Part shown: in pieces, positions 7,635-18,387 of the stretch
How the letters are laid out: the number at the start of each line of letters is the position of its first letter
Numbering within the stretch: the stretch's first letter is position 1
From: a bacterium
GTDB taxonomy: Bacteria > Zhuqueibacterota > Zhuqueibacteria > Oceanimicrobiales > Oceanimicrobiaceae
Length of the DNA: 18,387 nt
Direction of reading: 5' to 3'
Assembly: GCA_046758365.1 (NCBI GenBank)
Contig: JBHIAC010000054.1
Span: forward strand, 1 to 18,387
Translations under genes and position numbers: made by a program
Notes under the pieces: model-generated
Told to the model about the DNA's origin: nothing
Seen by the model: only the letters and a program-made list of their open reading frames with translations
Database searches by the model: none

Positions 7635-7665
7635 GATTAAATAGCCAAACTAAAAGAGGTCAAAT

Positions 7666-9345
7666 ATGCGAAGTGATACCATTAAAAAAGGATTCGAGAG
7701 AGCACCCCACCGATGTTTATTAAAAGCTTGTGGAGTGAAGGACGAAGATTTTGCCAAACCGTTCATTGGTATTTGCAATTCCTTTATTGAAATTATTCCC
7801 GGGCATGTACATTTACAAGAATTAGGTAAGCTGGCTAAAGACGCGGTACGTGAAGCGGGTGGAGTACCTTTTGAATTCAACACCATCGGGGTAGACGACG
7901 GCATTGCCATGGGACATTTCGGAATGAAATATTCGCTGCCGAGTCGTGAACTCATTGCTGATGCCGTAGAAACCGTGGCTATGGCCCATCATTTGGATGG
8001 GCTGATTTGCATTCCCAATTGCGATAAAATTGTACCAGGAATGTTGATGGGGGTCATGCGAATCAACATTCCGACTATTTTTGTAAGTGGCGGGCCCATG
8101 GCTGCTGGTAAAACCCCTTCTGGGAAAACCGTAGATTTGATTTCTGTTTTTGAAGGGGTTGGCGCCTACAAAACAGGCAAAATTGATGACGCTGAGCTAA
8201 AAGAATTGGAAGACTTTAGCTGTCCCACCTACGGGTCTTGTTCGGGGATGTTTACGGCCAATTCAATGAATTGTCTCATGGAAGCTCTGGGAATGGCTCT
8301 GCCTGGAAATGGCACCTATCTTGCCATTTCTGAAAAACGTCGTGAATTACTCCGGCAGGCTGGCCATCAGATCATCGAGTTAATCAAAGCAGATCTAAAA
8401 CCGAGGGACATCGTCACAAAAGCCGCGATTGACAATGCGTTTGCCTTGGATATGGCGATGGGTGGTTCGACAAATACGGTTCTGCACACTCTGGCGATTG
8501 CAAAAGAGGCTGGTTTAGATTATCCTCTTGAGCGAATTAACCAGATCTCGGATCGAGTGCCTCATCTGTGCCAAGTCTCCCCAGCTTCTCAATGGCACAT
8601 GGAGGATGTTGACCGGGCAGGTGGCATTAGTGCCATCTTAAAGGAGCTCACCCGCAAGGAGGGAGTCTTGGATTTAAATCAGGTGACGGTTACTTTAAGC
8701 TCTTTAGGTAAAAATATTGAAAACGCGGGAATCAAAGACGATGAAGTTATCCGTTCAGTCGAAAATTCCCATAGCAATAAAGGTGGTTTAGCCATTCTTT
8801 TTGGCAATTTAGCACTAGATGGGGCCGTGGTGAAAACCGCCGCGGTTGCACCTGACATGCTAAAGCACCGCGGCCGTGCGGTGATTTTTGAATCCCAAGA
8901 AGCGGCAAGCAAAGGCATTTTAGGCGGAGAAGTGAAGGCTGGCGATGTTGTAGTTATCCGATACGAGGGTCCAAAAGGCGGGCCAGGCATGCAGGAGATG
9001 CTGGCGCCGACAGCCAATATTATGGGTATGGGATTAGGAGATAGGGTGGCTTTAATCACCGATGGCCGATTTTCAGGAGGGACGCGCGGTGCCTGCATTG
9101 GCCATGTTTCGCCTGAAGCCGCTGCCGGTGGCACAATCGCTTTACTGCGTGAGGACGACATGATTTGCATCGACATTCCCAACAGAAGACTGGATGTTGA
9201 AATCTCTGATGATGAATTAAGTGAGAGAAAAAACAGTTGGAAGCGGCCAAAACCCAGGGTTACAAGTGGCTGGTTGGGCAGATATTCTTCTATGGTGGCT
9301 TCAGCCAATACCGGGGCCATATTGTCCCTGAATGGAAATGTATAG
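7666..9345 (+). CDS. ilvD: Dihydroxy-acid dehydratase
   Basis: [83 protein letters not shown]. Confidence 0.98.
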   Translation: MRSDTIKKGFERAPHRCLLKACGVKDEDFAKPFIGICNSFIEIIPGHVHLQELGKLAKDAVREAGGVPFEFNTIGVDDGIAMGHFGMKYSLPSRELIADAVETVAMAHHLDGLICIPNCDKIVPGMLMGVMRINIPTIFVSGGPMAAGKTPSGKTVDLISVFEGVGAYKTGKIDDAELKELEDFSCPTYGSCSGMFTANSMNCLMEALGMALPGNGTYLAISEKRRELLRQAGHQIIELIKADLKPRDIVTKAAIDNAFALDMAMGGSTNTVLHTLAIAKEAGLDYPLERINQISDRVPHLCQVSPASQWHMEDVDRAGGISAILKELTRKEGVLDLNQVTVTLSSLGKNIENAGIKDDEVIRSVENSHSNKGGLAILFGNLALDGAVVKTAAVAPDMLKHRGRAVIFESQEAASKGILGGEVKAGDVVVIRYEGPKGGPGMQEMLAPTANIMGMGLGDRVALITDGRFSGGTRGACIGHVSPEAAAGGTIALLREDDMICIDIPNRRLDVEISDDELSERKNSWKRPKPRVTSGWLGRYSSMVASANTGAILSLNGNV

Positions 9346-9396
9346 TTGAAATCTGAATTACAATTAATTTACTAAATCAAAAAGAGGGTAAAACTT

Positions 9397-11169
9397 ATGG
9401 AAGCTCTGAGTGTTGTATCGCAAAAGGATACTCTAGTTGAGGGGGCCATTCTTGAAAAAAATATCAGTCTAAACGCTGAGTCGAAGGCCATGAACGGATG
9501 CGAAATCTTAATTCACGCTTTAATTGAGGAGGGTGTGGATATTGTGTTTGGCTACCCTGGTGGAGTTGTTCTAGGGCTTTACGATGAAATATTTAAAAAC
9601 CGAACAAGATTCAAACATGTACTAATCCGTCACGAACAAGGCGGCACGCATGCAGCAGACGGCTATGCCCGAGCCACAGGTCTGCCTGGTGTCGTGCTGG
9701 TTACCTCAGGGCCTGGCGCAACAAATACAGTGACAGGCATTGCCACAGCATATATGGATTCCATTCCGCTGGTGATTTTTACTGGACAAGTTCCTGCGGC
9801 TTTGATTGGTAACGATGCTTTCCAGGAGGCAGACATTGTCGGGATCACACGGCCCATCACGAAACATAGTTACTTGGTTAAGGACGTAAACGACCTTGAG
9901 GACGTTGTACATGAAGCTTTTTACATTGCCAAAATAGGCAGGCCAGGGCCGGTGTTAGTGGATTTGCCTAAGGATATGCTCTTTGCAAAAGAAAGCTATA
10001 AATTTCAGTCTTCAATCAAAATTAAGGAGGAGATCCCATCAACTCATGACCACTTGAGCAAAATCGCTGAGGCAGCTGAGCTAATTAATAGGGCCAGGCG
10101 GCCTCTTATTTATGCAGGCGGCGGTGTGATCACAGGTAATGCAGCGCAGGAGTTGACGGAATTAGCACTTAAGACTGGCATTCCTGTTACGACCACTTTA
10201 CTGGGACTGGGCGCCTTTCCAGAAACAAATCCGCAGTCTCTCGGCATGTTAGGAATGCACGGCACCTGGTACGCAAATATGGCCATTAGTGAGTGTGATG
10301 TTTTGATTGCAGTAGGTGCGCGGTTTGATGACCGAGTGACCGGAAGACTCGACGGTTTTTCCCAAAAATCAAAAAAGATTCATATCGAAATCGATCCTTC
10401 ATGTATTAATAAAAACGTAATGGTGGATGTCCCCATCGTGGGAAATGTTAAGACTATCCTGCCCGAGCTCATAAAATTAGTGCAGAAAATTAAAATAGAT
10501 AATTGGTGGGAAACCATTAAACAATGGCATAAGGAGCATCCTCTCAGGTACCGGCAGAGATCTGATGTCATCATGCCGCAATTTATAATGGAGAAAATAT
10601 CCGAAGTGACTAAAGGGGATGCCATCATTGTTACGGATGTAGGGCAGCATCAAATGTGGGCAGCGCAGTATTATAAATTTAATAAACCGAGGTCCTTGCT
10701 GACCTCAGGTGGATTGGGAACCATGGGTTATGGATTCCCGGCGGCGGTGGGCGCGGCCATGGGTTGTCCAGACCGCACTGTATTTTGCATCACCGGCGAC
10801 GGCGGGTTTCAAATGACTTCCTTTGAACTGGCTACTGCTGTAGAGCATAAAGTGCCGGTAAAGATTGCCATCATAAACAATGGTTATTTAGGCATGGTGC
10901 GCCAGTGGCAGGAACTGTTTTACGGAGGCCGATATTCTTTTTCCGATCTAAGAGGAGGCAATCCAGATTTTGTAAAACTGGCGGATAGTTATGGCGCAGT
11001 CGGTTTGCGCGCACATAAACCACAGGAAGTCGTGCCAATTTTAGAAGAAGGGATGAAAGTCAAAGACAAACCAGTCGTGATGGATTTTATCGTTGCTGGT
11101 GAGGAAAATGTATTTCCCATGGTGCCTGCTGGTGCTTCCTTGTCAGAAATGGTTGATACAGAAGATTGA
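9397..11169 (+). CDS. ilvB: Acetolactate synthase large subunit, biosynthetic type
   Basis: FGYPGG, RHEQG..HAADGYAR, TSGPGATN, DAFQE, LGMLGMHG, GARFDDRVTG, DVGQHQMW, GDGGFQM...NN ThDP motif, GMVRQWQ; ~30-aa N-terminal extension with SD GAGGG. Confidence 0.97.
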   Translation: MEALSVVSQKDTLVEGAILEKNISLNAESKAMNGCEILIHALIEEGVDIVFGYPGGVVLGLYDEIFKNRTRFKHVLIRHEQGGTHAADGYARATGLPGVVLVTSGPGATNTVTGIATAYMDSIPLVIFTGQVPAALIGNDAFQEADIVGITRPITKHSYLVKDVNDLEDVVHEAFYIAKIGRPGPVLVDLPKDMLFAKESYKFQSSIKIKEEIPSTHDHLSKIAEAAELINRARRPLIYAGGGVITGNAAQELTELALKTGIPVTTTLLGLGAFPETNPQSLGMLGMHGTWYANMAISECDVLIAVGARFDDRVTGRLDGFSQKSKKIHIEIDPSCINKNVMVDVPIVGNVKTILPELIKLVQKIKIDNWWETIKQWHKEHPLRYRQRSDVIMPQFIMEKISEVTKGDAIIVTDVGQHQMWAAQYYKFNKPRSLLTSGGLGTMGYGFPAAVGAAMGCPDRTVFCITGDGGFQMTSFELATAVEHKVPVKIAIINNGYLGMVRQWQELFYGGRYSFSDLRGGNPDFVKLADSYGAVGLRAHKPQEVVPILEEGMKVKDKPVVMDFIVAGEENVFPMVPAGASLSEMVDTED

Positions 11170-11180
11170 AGGAGCTTTAA

Positions 11181-11669
11181 ATGAAACATACGATTTCTGT
11201 TAAATTCCGAAATAACTTTAACGCACTTTCAAGAATTATCGGATTATTTAGTGGGCGTGGATTTAATGTTGATACCGTCAGCTTTGGAGAATCTGCAGAA
11301 CCAGGGCTCGCGCGCATGACCATTACAACCGAAGGCGATGAACAAATTATAGACCAGATTAACAAGCAACTTGACAAAATCGTTGATGTCAAGAAAGTCA
11401 TGGATATGACGTATGAGCCGTTTGTTGAAAGAGAATTGGCGCTGGTCAAGGTTGCATCAACCCCAGAAACACGCTCAGAAATCATAGAAGTGGTAAATGT
11501 CTTTCGTGCAAAGATAATCGATATCAGTCCTACCACGCTCACGATTGAAGTCACCGGTAAGGAGGATAAAGTCAATGCGGCCATCGGCATGCTTAGACCG
11601 TTTGGCTTGCATGAAGTCGCGCGCACCGGCAGCGTGGCATTAAAGCGGGAGTTTAAAGGGGTGACTTAA
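11181..11669 (+). CDS. ilvN: Acetolactate synthase small (regulatory, ACT) subunit
   Basis: LSRIIGLFSGRGFNV, ERELALVKV, FRAKIID, EVTG, EVARTG; SD AAGGAG. Confidence 0.96.
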   Translation: MKHTISVKFRNNFNALSRIIGLFSGRGFNVDTVSFGESAEPGLARMTITTEGDEQIIDQINKQLDKIVDVKKVMDMTYEPFVERELALVKVASTPETRSEIIEVVNVFRAKIIDISPTTLTIEVTGKEDKVNAAIGMLRPFGLHEVARTGSVALKREFKGVT

Positions 11670-11759
11670 GGCAGAGGCTAAGGCGACAACACTTTTTAGT
11701 AGCCTCGCGAGGTGGGAATTGAAAAGAGGTCTATAGTTCATCTTAGGCACATTTGTTAG

Positions 11760-12842
<1,083 letters not shown>

Positions 12843-13024
12843 CGGTTACAGATACATTAGCGGCAGTAGAGAATAGTTGTGGTCATGTCCAAAGCACCAT
12901 AAATGGATGGTTTTTTATTTTCTTTTACAAAGCCATAAAAAGATAACCGACAAGTCATTAATTGATGAGCAGTCTGAACAATTAGTGGTTAGTTAAATCC
13001 ATGATTGGAATAGGAGGGTTTAAA

Positions 13025-14233
13025 ATGGATGACAATATTATTATTTTTGATACCACTTTGCGAGATGGTGAGCAAGCACCAGGTTTTAATATGAATCTGG
13101 AAGAGAAAATCCGCATGGCCGAACAATTAGAACGGCTTAATGTAGACGTGATTGAAGCGGGGTTTCCAATTGCTTCAGATGGAGATTTTCTGGCTGTTCG
13201 TGAAATTTCCAAAAGGATTCGGAATTGTATTGTGGCCGGACTTTGTCGAACCATTAAAGAGGATATCGACCGGGCCTGGGAGGCTTTAAAGTATTCAAGA
13301 CATCCCCGCATCCATACTTTTATTGCAACCTCAGACATTCATTTGAAACACAAACTTAGGAAAGCTAAGGCCGAAGCACTAAGAGATGCCTTCTGGGCTG
13401 TAAATTATTCAAAAGGCTTTTGCAATGATGTGGAATTCTCTGCCGAGGATGCCACCCGTAGTGATCCAGAGTTTCTTTTTGAAATTTTTTCGGCTGTAAT
13501 TAAAGCGGGGGCGACCGTGATCAATGTTCCAGACACGGTTGGGTTTTGCCTGCCCTGGGAATTTGGCGATCTTATTAACAGAATTAGAAAAAATGTCAGC
13601 GGAATTGATCAAGTTGTTTTGAGCGTGCATTGTCATGATGACCTGGGCCATAGTGTTTCTAGTTCGCTAGAAGCAGTGCATCATGGCGCTCGGCAGGTGG
13701 AATGTACCATCAATGGTATCGGTGAACGGGCTGGCAATGCTGCATTAGAAGAAATTGTCATGACATTAAAAACCAGACCAACGGCATTCGATTGTGATAC
13801 AAGTGTTGTAACAGCGGAGTTATATCGAACCAGTCAATTATTGGCAAACATCACAGGTGTAGGAGTGCAACCCAATAAAGCTGTTGTCGGTAAAAATGCA
13901 TTTGCGCATGAAGCCGGCATCCACCAGGATGGAGTTTTGAAAAACCCGTTGACCTATGAAATTATGACACCGGAATCAGTTGGAGTTCCAGGAAATAAAT
14001 TAGTCTTAGGAAAACACTCTGGCCGTAATGCGTTAAATAATCGTCTCAAAGAATTGGGATTTAATTTTAATAAAAACGAATTGAACAAAGTCTATAAAGA
14101 ATTTATCACGCTTGCAGATATGAAAAAAGTTATCCTTGACGAAGACTTAATCCAGATTGCCAGGAATGGAGTTACAGACATTGGGGATGAATGCACTAAA
14201 GAAAAAATGCGGGAATATTTAAATGAGACATAA
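13025..14233 (+). CDS. leuA: 2-isopropylmalate synthase, short form lacking the C-terminal regulatory domain
   Basis: [70 protein letters not shown]; start moved from 13001 to 13025 because AGGAGG (13012-13017) lies 7 nt before that ATG. Confidence 0.9.
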   Translation: MDDNIIIFDTTLRDGEQAPGFNMNLEEKIRMAEQLERLNVDVIEAGFPIASDGDFLAVREISKRIRNCIVAGLCRTIKEDIDRAWEALKYSRHPRIHTFIATSDIHLKHKLRKAKAEALRDAFWAVNYSKGFCNDVEFSAEDATRSDPEFLFEIFSAVIKAGATVINVPDTVGFCLPWEFGDLINRIRKNVSGIDQVVLSVHCHDDLGHSVSSSLEAVHHGARQVECTINGIGERAGNAALEEIVMTLKTRPTAFDCDTSVVTAELYRTSQLLANITGVGVQPNKAVVGKNAFAHEAGIHQDGVLKNPLTYEIMTPESVGVPGNKLVLGKHSGRNALNNRLKELGFNFNKNELNKVYKEFITLADMKKVILDEDLIQIARNGVTDIGDECTKEKMREYLNET

Positions 14234-14236
14234 CTT

Positions 14237-15526
14237 ATGACCATTACAGAAAAAATTTTAGCCAAGCATGCGGGAAAAGCCAGTGTTGCGCCGGGAGACA
14301 ACGTATGGGTTGATGTGGATATTTTGATGACTCATGATGTCTGCGGACCGCCAACTTTTGCCATATTTAAAAAACAATTCGGTGAAGATGCCCGGGTCTG
14401 GGACAAAGAAAAAGTGGTCATCATCCCGGATCACTATATTTTCACAGCAGACAAATATGCAAGTCGAAATGTGGAAATTTTACGCAAATTTGCAAAAGAA
14501 CAAGATTTGCCGTATTTTTACGACGTAGGTACAGACAGGTACAAAGGGGTCTGCCACGTAGCACTGCCGCAGGAAGGCTTTACTCGTCCTGGTGAAGTGC
14601 TTTTTGGCACGGATTCGCATACTTGTACAGCAGGGGCTTTTGGTGAATTTGCCACGGGTGTTGGCAATACGGATGCAGCATTCATTTTGGGGACGGGCAA
14701 ACTCTGGGTAAAAGTGCCGGAGACCATGAAATTCATATTTGAAGGGGAGCTTCCTCTTTATGTCTTGGCCAAGGATATGATCTTAAAGATTATTGGCGAT
14801 ATCGGCGCAGATGGCGCCAGCTATCGCGCTGTGGAGTTTGCAGGTGATAGCGTTCAGGTTCTGGATATGGAGGGGCGTATGACCCTGGCAAATATGGTCA
14901 TCGAAGCCGGGGGCAAGAATGGTATAATTGAGCCGGATGAGATCACGTATGAATACGTGCGTTCCCGAACCGACCACCCCTTTGAGCCGGTTTTTAATGA
15001 TCCGGAGGCTAAATATCACAGTGTTCATATTTACAAATCCAAAGAATTAGAACCGATGCTTGCCAAACCACATACCCCTGATAATAAAGCTACTGTTTTA
15101 GAGATGAGCAATACGCCTTTGAATCGCGCATATATTGGTTCTTGCACAGGCGGTAAAATCACAGATTTTATTGCAGCTGCGAAAATTATCAAAGACCAGA
15201 CCTTAAAAATTGAAACATGCGTGGTTCCCGCCACTTCAGAAATCGCTGAGAGTCTAAAAACGTTAACAGTAGAAGGCCAAACTCTTTTAGAAATTTTTAA
15301 AAATGCCGGTGCGCAAATAGGGCAAGCCTCGTGTGCAGCCTGCTTAGGTGGTCCAAAAGATACATTTGGTCGGCTTAATAGTGGTGAAGTTTGTATTTCC
15401 ACAACCAATCGCAATTTTCCTGGACGGATGGGATCGAAACAAGCTCAAGTATATTTAGCGTCTCCGTACACAGTTGCGGCCTCAGCAGTGACTGGGAAAA
15501 TTACCGATCCAAGGGACTTTCTTTAA
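14237..15526 (+). CDS. leuC: 3-isopropylmalate dehydratase large subunit (short, homoaconitase-like/plant-like type)
   Basis: MTITEKILA, MTHDVCGP, PDHYIF, GVCH, GTDSHT, GSCTGG, CAACLGG, STTNRNFPGRMG, YLASP; operon context. Confidence 0.93.
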   Translation: MTITEKILAKHAGKASVAPGDNVWVDVDILMTHDVCGPPTFAIFKKQFGEDARVWDKEKVVIIPDHYIFTADKYASRNVEILRKFAKEQDLPYFYDVGTDRYKGVCHVALPQEGFTRPGEVLFGTDSHTCTAGAFGEFATGVGNTDAAFILGTGKLWVKVPETMKFIFEGELPLYVLAKDMILKIIGDIGADGASYRAVEFAGDSVQVLDMEGRMTLANMVIEAGGKNGIIEPDEITYEYVRSRTDHPFEPVFNDPEAKYHSVHIYKSKELEPMLAKPHTPDNKATVLEMSNTPLNRAYIGSCTGGKITDFIAAAKIIKDQTLKIETCVVPATSEIAESLKTLTVEGQTLLEIFKNAGAQIGQASCAACLGGPKDTFGRLNSGEVCISTTNRNFPGRMGSKQAQVYLASPYTVAASAVTGKITDPRDFL

Positions 15527-15531
15527 AAATA

Positions 15532-15594
15532 GGCAGTTGGCGGTAGGTAGGAAGCAGTAAGCAGTAGGCAGTAGGTACGAGGAATGAGGGCTGA
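15532..15594 (+). repeat. Degenerate 7-bp tandem repeat (consensus RGCAGTA, 9 units) between leuC and leuD
   Basis: GGCAGTT GGCGGTA GGTAGGA AGCAGTA AGCAGTA GGCAGTA GGTACGA GGAATGA GGGCTGA. Confidence 0.8.
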
Positions 15595-15671
15595 AAGCTA
15601 CTATAATTTGCGCGTTTACCTGGAAATTATCGGAATTTGAACCATTTAATTATAAAGAATAGTTAAAAACT

Positions 15672-16232
15672 ATGCATGAAAAGATTAAAGGAAAAGCGTT
15701 TGTTCTGGGGGATAATATTGATACGGATCAGATCATTCCTGCCCAGCACCTGGTTTACAGTCTTGATGACCCTGAAGAAATAATATATTATGGTAGATTT
15801 GCGCTTTCAGGGGTCCCGGATGAGCAATCCGGCCTACCGGATGGCTGGATTCCATTTACAGAACGAGAAACCTTTCATTCCCAATTCAATATTGTAGTTT
15901 CAGGAAAAAATTTTGGTTGCGGTTCTTCCAGAGAACATGCGCCAGCAGCGCTGCAAATAGCCGGGGTAAAGGCTGTCGTGTCGCCTTCCTATGCCCGGAT
16001 TTTTTATCGAAATGCTGTGGATGGCGGGTTCTTAGTTCCCTTTGAAAGCGTAGACGATCTTTCCAGGAAAATTTCTACCTATGATTATTTGGAAATTGAC
16101 CCGGCGTTGAATGAATTACGGAATTTGACGACAGGACAAAAGTTTCTCCTAAAACCGCTGGGTGAGGTTGCGGAAATCGTAAATGCTGGAGGTATCTTTG
16201 ATTTTGCACGCAAACATGGGATGATTCAATGA
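15672..16232 (+). CDS. leuD: 3-isopropylmalate dehydratase small subunit
   Basis: [40 protein letters not shown]; its stop overlaps the leuB start (ATGA, 16229-16232). Confidence 0.95.
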   Translation: MHEKIKGKAFVLGDNIDTDQIIPAQHLVYSLDDPEEIIYYGRFALSGVPDEQSGLPDGWIPFTERETFHSQFNIVVSGKNFGCGSSREHAPAALQIAGVKAVVSPSYARIFYRNAVDGGFLVPFESVDDLSRKISTYDYLEIDPALNELRNLTTGQKFLLKPLGEVAEIVNAGGIFDFARKHGMIQ

Positions 16233-17305
16233 TTAAAAGAATTGTAGTTTTACCAGGCGATGGAATTGGCGTAGAAGTCACCAAAGAAGCCGTGAAGGTG
16301 ATAGAGTTAGTTGCCAAAAGATGTGGCTTGACCTTGGAGATGCAAGAGTTTTTAGTTGGCGGTGCGAGTTTAGATGTCTATGGAATTCCAATTACAGATG
16401 AAGTTTTAGCGGCTTGCCAACAGACTGATGCGATCTTTTTAGGCGCTATTGGTGGACCAAAATGGGATGATTTACCCAAGGACCTCCGTCCTGAAGTTGC
16501 ACTTTTAAAACTACGTAAAGAATTAGGCCTATTTACAAATTTAAGATCGATAAGAGTATTCAATGCACTTCTTGATGCGTCCACATTAAAATCGGAAGTC
16601 ATAAGGAATACCGATATTCTGGTGGTGCGTGAATTGACCGGAGGCCTTTACTTTGGTCAACCCAGTTTTACTGAAACCATTGGGGTTGAGGAACACGCTG
16701 TAGATACCATGGAATATCGAACTTCCGAAATTGAACGCATAGCTAAAGTTGCTTTCAAAGCTGCCCGACGACGAAAGAAAAAAGTTACATCTGTTGATAA
16801 AGCGAATATTCTGGCCACCTCTCAATTATGGCGTAAAACTGTAAATTGTGTTGCTAAAGGATACTCTAATGTGACACTTGAGCACCTCCTTGTAGATAAT
16901 TGTGCGATGCAGTTGATTCGAAATCCAAAACAATTTGATGTTATTTTAACAGAAAATATGTTTGGTGATATATTAAGTGACGAGGCTTCTATGTTAACTG
17001 GCTCTTTGGGAATGCTGCCTTCGGCCAGCCTGGGATCAAAAGTAGGTCTTTATGAACCTGTGCATGGGTCTGCTCCTGACATTTCTGGGAAGAAAATTGC
17101 TAATCCACTTGCAGCCATCGGCTCTGCGGCTTTCATGTTTCGATATTCATTTAAAATGGAAGAAGCGGCGCAAATCATAGAAAAAGCATTGGAACAATTT
17201 CTCGAATTGGGATACAGAAGTGCAGACCTGGTTTCTAATGGCCATCGTTTTTTGAGTACAACAGAAATTGGTGATAAGATTTTAGAGATCATCACTTTGC
17301 TGTGA
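16229..17305 (+). CDS. leuB: 3-isopropylmalate dehydrogenase
   Basis: [72 protein letters not shown]. Confidence 0.98.
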   Translation: MIKRIVVLPGDGIGVEVTKEAVKVIELVAKRCGLTLEMQEFLVGGASLDVYGIPITDEVLAACQQTDAIFLGAIGGPKWDDLPKDLRPEVALLKLRKELGLFTNLRSIRVFNALLDASTLKSEVIRNTDILVVRELTGGLYFGQPSFTETIGVEEHAVDTMEYRTSEIERIAKVAFKAARRRKKKVTSVDKANILATSQLWRKTVNCVAKGYSNVTLEHLLVDNCAMQLIRNPKQFDVILTENMFGDILSDEASMLTGSLGMLPSASLGSKVGLYEPVHGSAPDISGKKIANPLAAIGSAAFMFRYSFKMEEAAQIIEKALEQFLELGYRSADLVSNGHRFLSTTEIGDKILEIITLL

Positions 17306-17330
17306 ATTTTTTGATGTTTTATCTAATCTT

Positions 17331-17512
17331 TCATTCCTAGAGGGGTGGACGAACCCCCCAAATATTTGAAATTTGCAGCATGTAAGTCATTGTTTTTAAG
17401 TTCGATTATTTTCTAAATATCGACTTTTCGGCTACCCCTCTTGCGCAGCGAAGCCGCAATTCAATTAAAGCAATAGCCAGGAATTCCAACTAAAGCCAAC
17501 GGATGGAAAAGC
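17331..17512 (-). repeat. 79-bp repeat, right copy (inverted relative to 7062-7140), interrupted by a 99-bp insertion
   Basis: 17331-17340 + 17444-17512 reverse-complement to 7062-7140 with no gaps once 17341-17443 is removed. Confidence 0.93.
17341..17439. mobile_element. MITE-like 99-bp non-autonomous element
   Basis: TIRs AGGGGTGGACGAA (17341-17353) / TTCGGCTACCCCT (17427-17439), 11/13 match; flanked by CTAG (17337-17340) and CTTG (17440-17443); empty site seen at 7131-7134. Confidence 0.8.
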
Positions 17513-17653
17513 CTGGATGAATGGCACCTAAACGTGTCACACCGGCATTATAGCGATACTATTTCATTAAATCTCTATTTCAAAAATTACTTATACCTGA
17601 TAGGAAACAATTCAAGGTAAAATCGCTCAATTTTGGTTACAATATTTTCATTT

Positions 17654-18385
17654 TCAATAAAATAATAACTTGTTTGCCTCCAAAGAGCAAATATTTTTTA
17701 CGAGTTGTATTTTAGAAGGCACTGAGTAATTAAATGCCATTTGTCCAATTACTTCCTGATTAAACACATTTTGCAAAAAGAAAAGCGCAATAAACGTAAT
17801 AATTCCCGCGACGATTGGTGTAATGACCCAGCCAGCCGCAATTTCTCCAAGCAGTCCATAGTTAATGCTTTTCGCACCTTTCAATATGCCAATTCCAATA
17901 ATCGCGCCTATGACTGCTTGAGTACTGGAAACCGGTACAAGAGGAATGGTAGGAAATCCATGAGACATAAGCCAGCTCTCCAATCTTTGCGATGAAAAAA
18001 TAAAAAGCACCAGGGCGTTTGAAAGAACGACTACAAACGCTGCCTCTGGTGAAAGTTTGAATAAACTCCTGCCAACGGTTTCCATAACTTTTCCTGAATA
18101 AGTATAAACCCCTACAGCTATGGCAAGTCCACCTAGAAAAAATAATTGTTGGGTACTGGTGAGGTTGAATAGTCCCAAAATGTTTAGATTCTTAAATGGC
18201 GATACTGAAACAAATACGCCCATGACATTGGCAATATTGTTAGCGCCTAAACTATACGCACCAAAGGCACCAACGATGAGTAAACCGAGACGGGTATACA
18301 AATCTAATTTAAGTAGATGTATTTTTGCTTTGTTAAAATACGTTCTAAAAGCAATAAATAAGATGACGGCGAATAGCCCGGCAAG
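17654..18385 (-). CDS. Inorganic phosphate transporter, PiT family (5'-partial, runs off the window)
   Basis: GANNIANVMG signature, VMETVG, PVSSTQAVIGAIIGIG, WVITP; frame stays open upstream of 18301 to the window edge (LAGLFAVILFIAFRTYFNKAKIHLLKLD). Confidence 0.9.
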   Translation of the reverse strand, partial: LAGLFAVILFIAFRTYFNKAKIHLLKLDLYTRLGLLIVGAFGAYSLGANNIANVMGVFVSVSPFKNLNILGLFNLTSTQQLFFLGGLAIAVGVYTYSGKVMETVGRSLFKLSPEAAFVVVLSNALVLFIFSSQRLESWLMSHGFPTIPLVPVSSTQAVIGAIIGIGILKGAKSINYGLLGEIAAGWVITPIVAGIITFIALFFLQNVFNQEVIGQMAFNYSVPSKIQLVKNICSLEANKLLFY

Positions 18386-18387
18386 AA

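Noticed and set aside
7255..7665. T-box riboswitch or classical intrinsic terminator in the ilv leader
   Set aside because: No T-box consensus (GGTGGNACC) and no short GC hairpin followed by a U-tract.
8221..8245. IlvD CPTYGSC instead of CPTCGSC
   Set aside because: That position varies in the family; the CDK and GSC cluster-ligand cysteines are intact.
12891..12926. Internal terminator between ilvC and leuA (ACCAT/ATGGT + T-tract)
   Set aside because: The stem is only 5 bp and AT-rich, too weak to call.
14150..14240. Frameshifted or pseudogenised leuA
   Set aside because: leuC begins 4 nt after the stop, so no regulatory-domain remnant can be present in another frame; consistent with a natural short form.
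15532..15594. CRISPR array
   Set aside because: 7-bp units without spacers and no cas genes.

Overview
Bacterial window, probably an FCB-superphylum/KSB1-Calditrichota-like organism (inferred from gene families and promoter style). The AT-rich left part holds, on the minus strand, a PorV/PorQ-like beta-barrel gene, an unannotated in-frame mini ComEA-type HhH ORF, a 671-aa HhH + outer-membrane barrel protein, a GT9-like half-domain protein and a GAF-GGDEF diguanylate cyclase. On the plus strand are a DUF4835-like gene and an N-terminally truncated membrane protein. The centre is a branched-chain amino acid operon, ilvD-ilvB-ilvN-ilvC-leuA(short)-leuC-leuD-leuB. It is preceded by a sigma70-like promoter, an unannotated 41-aa Ile/Leu-rich leader ORF and mutually exclusive RNA stems with no classical terminator. 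The ~10.2-kb operon is bracketed by two inverted copies of a 79-bp repeat (74/79 identical). The right copy is interrupted at its CTAG by a 99-bp MITE-like element with TIRs and a near-perfect 4-bp target duplication. The window ends inside a PiT-family phosphate transporter gene.
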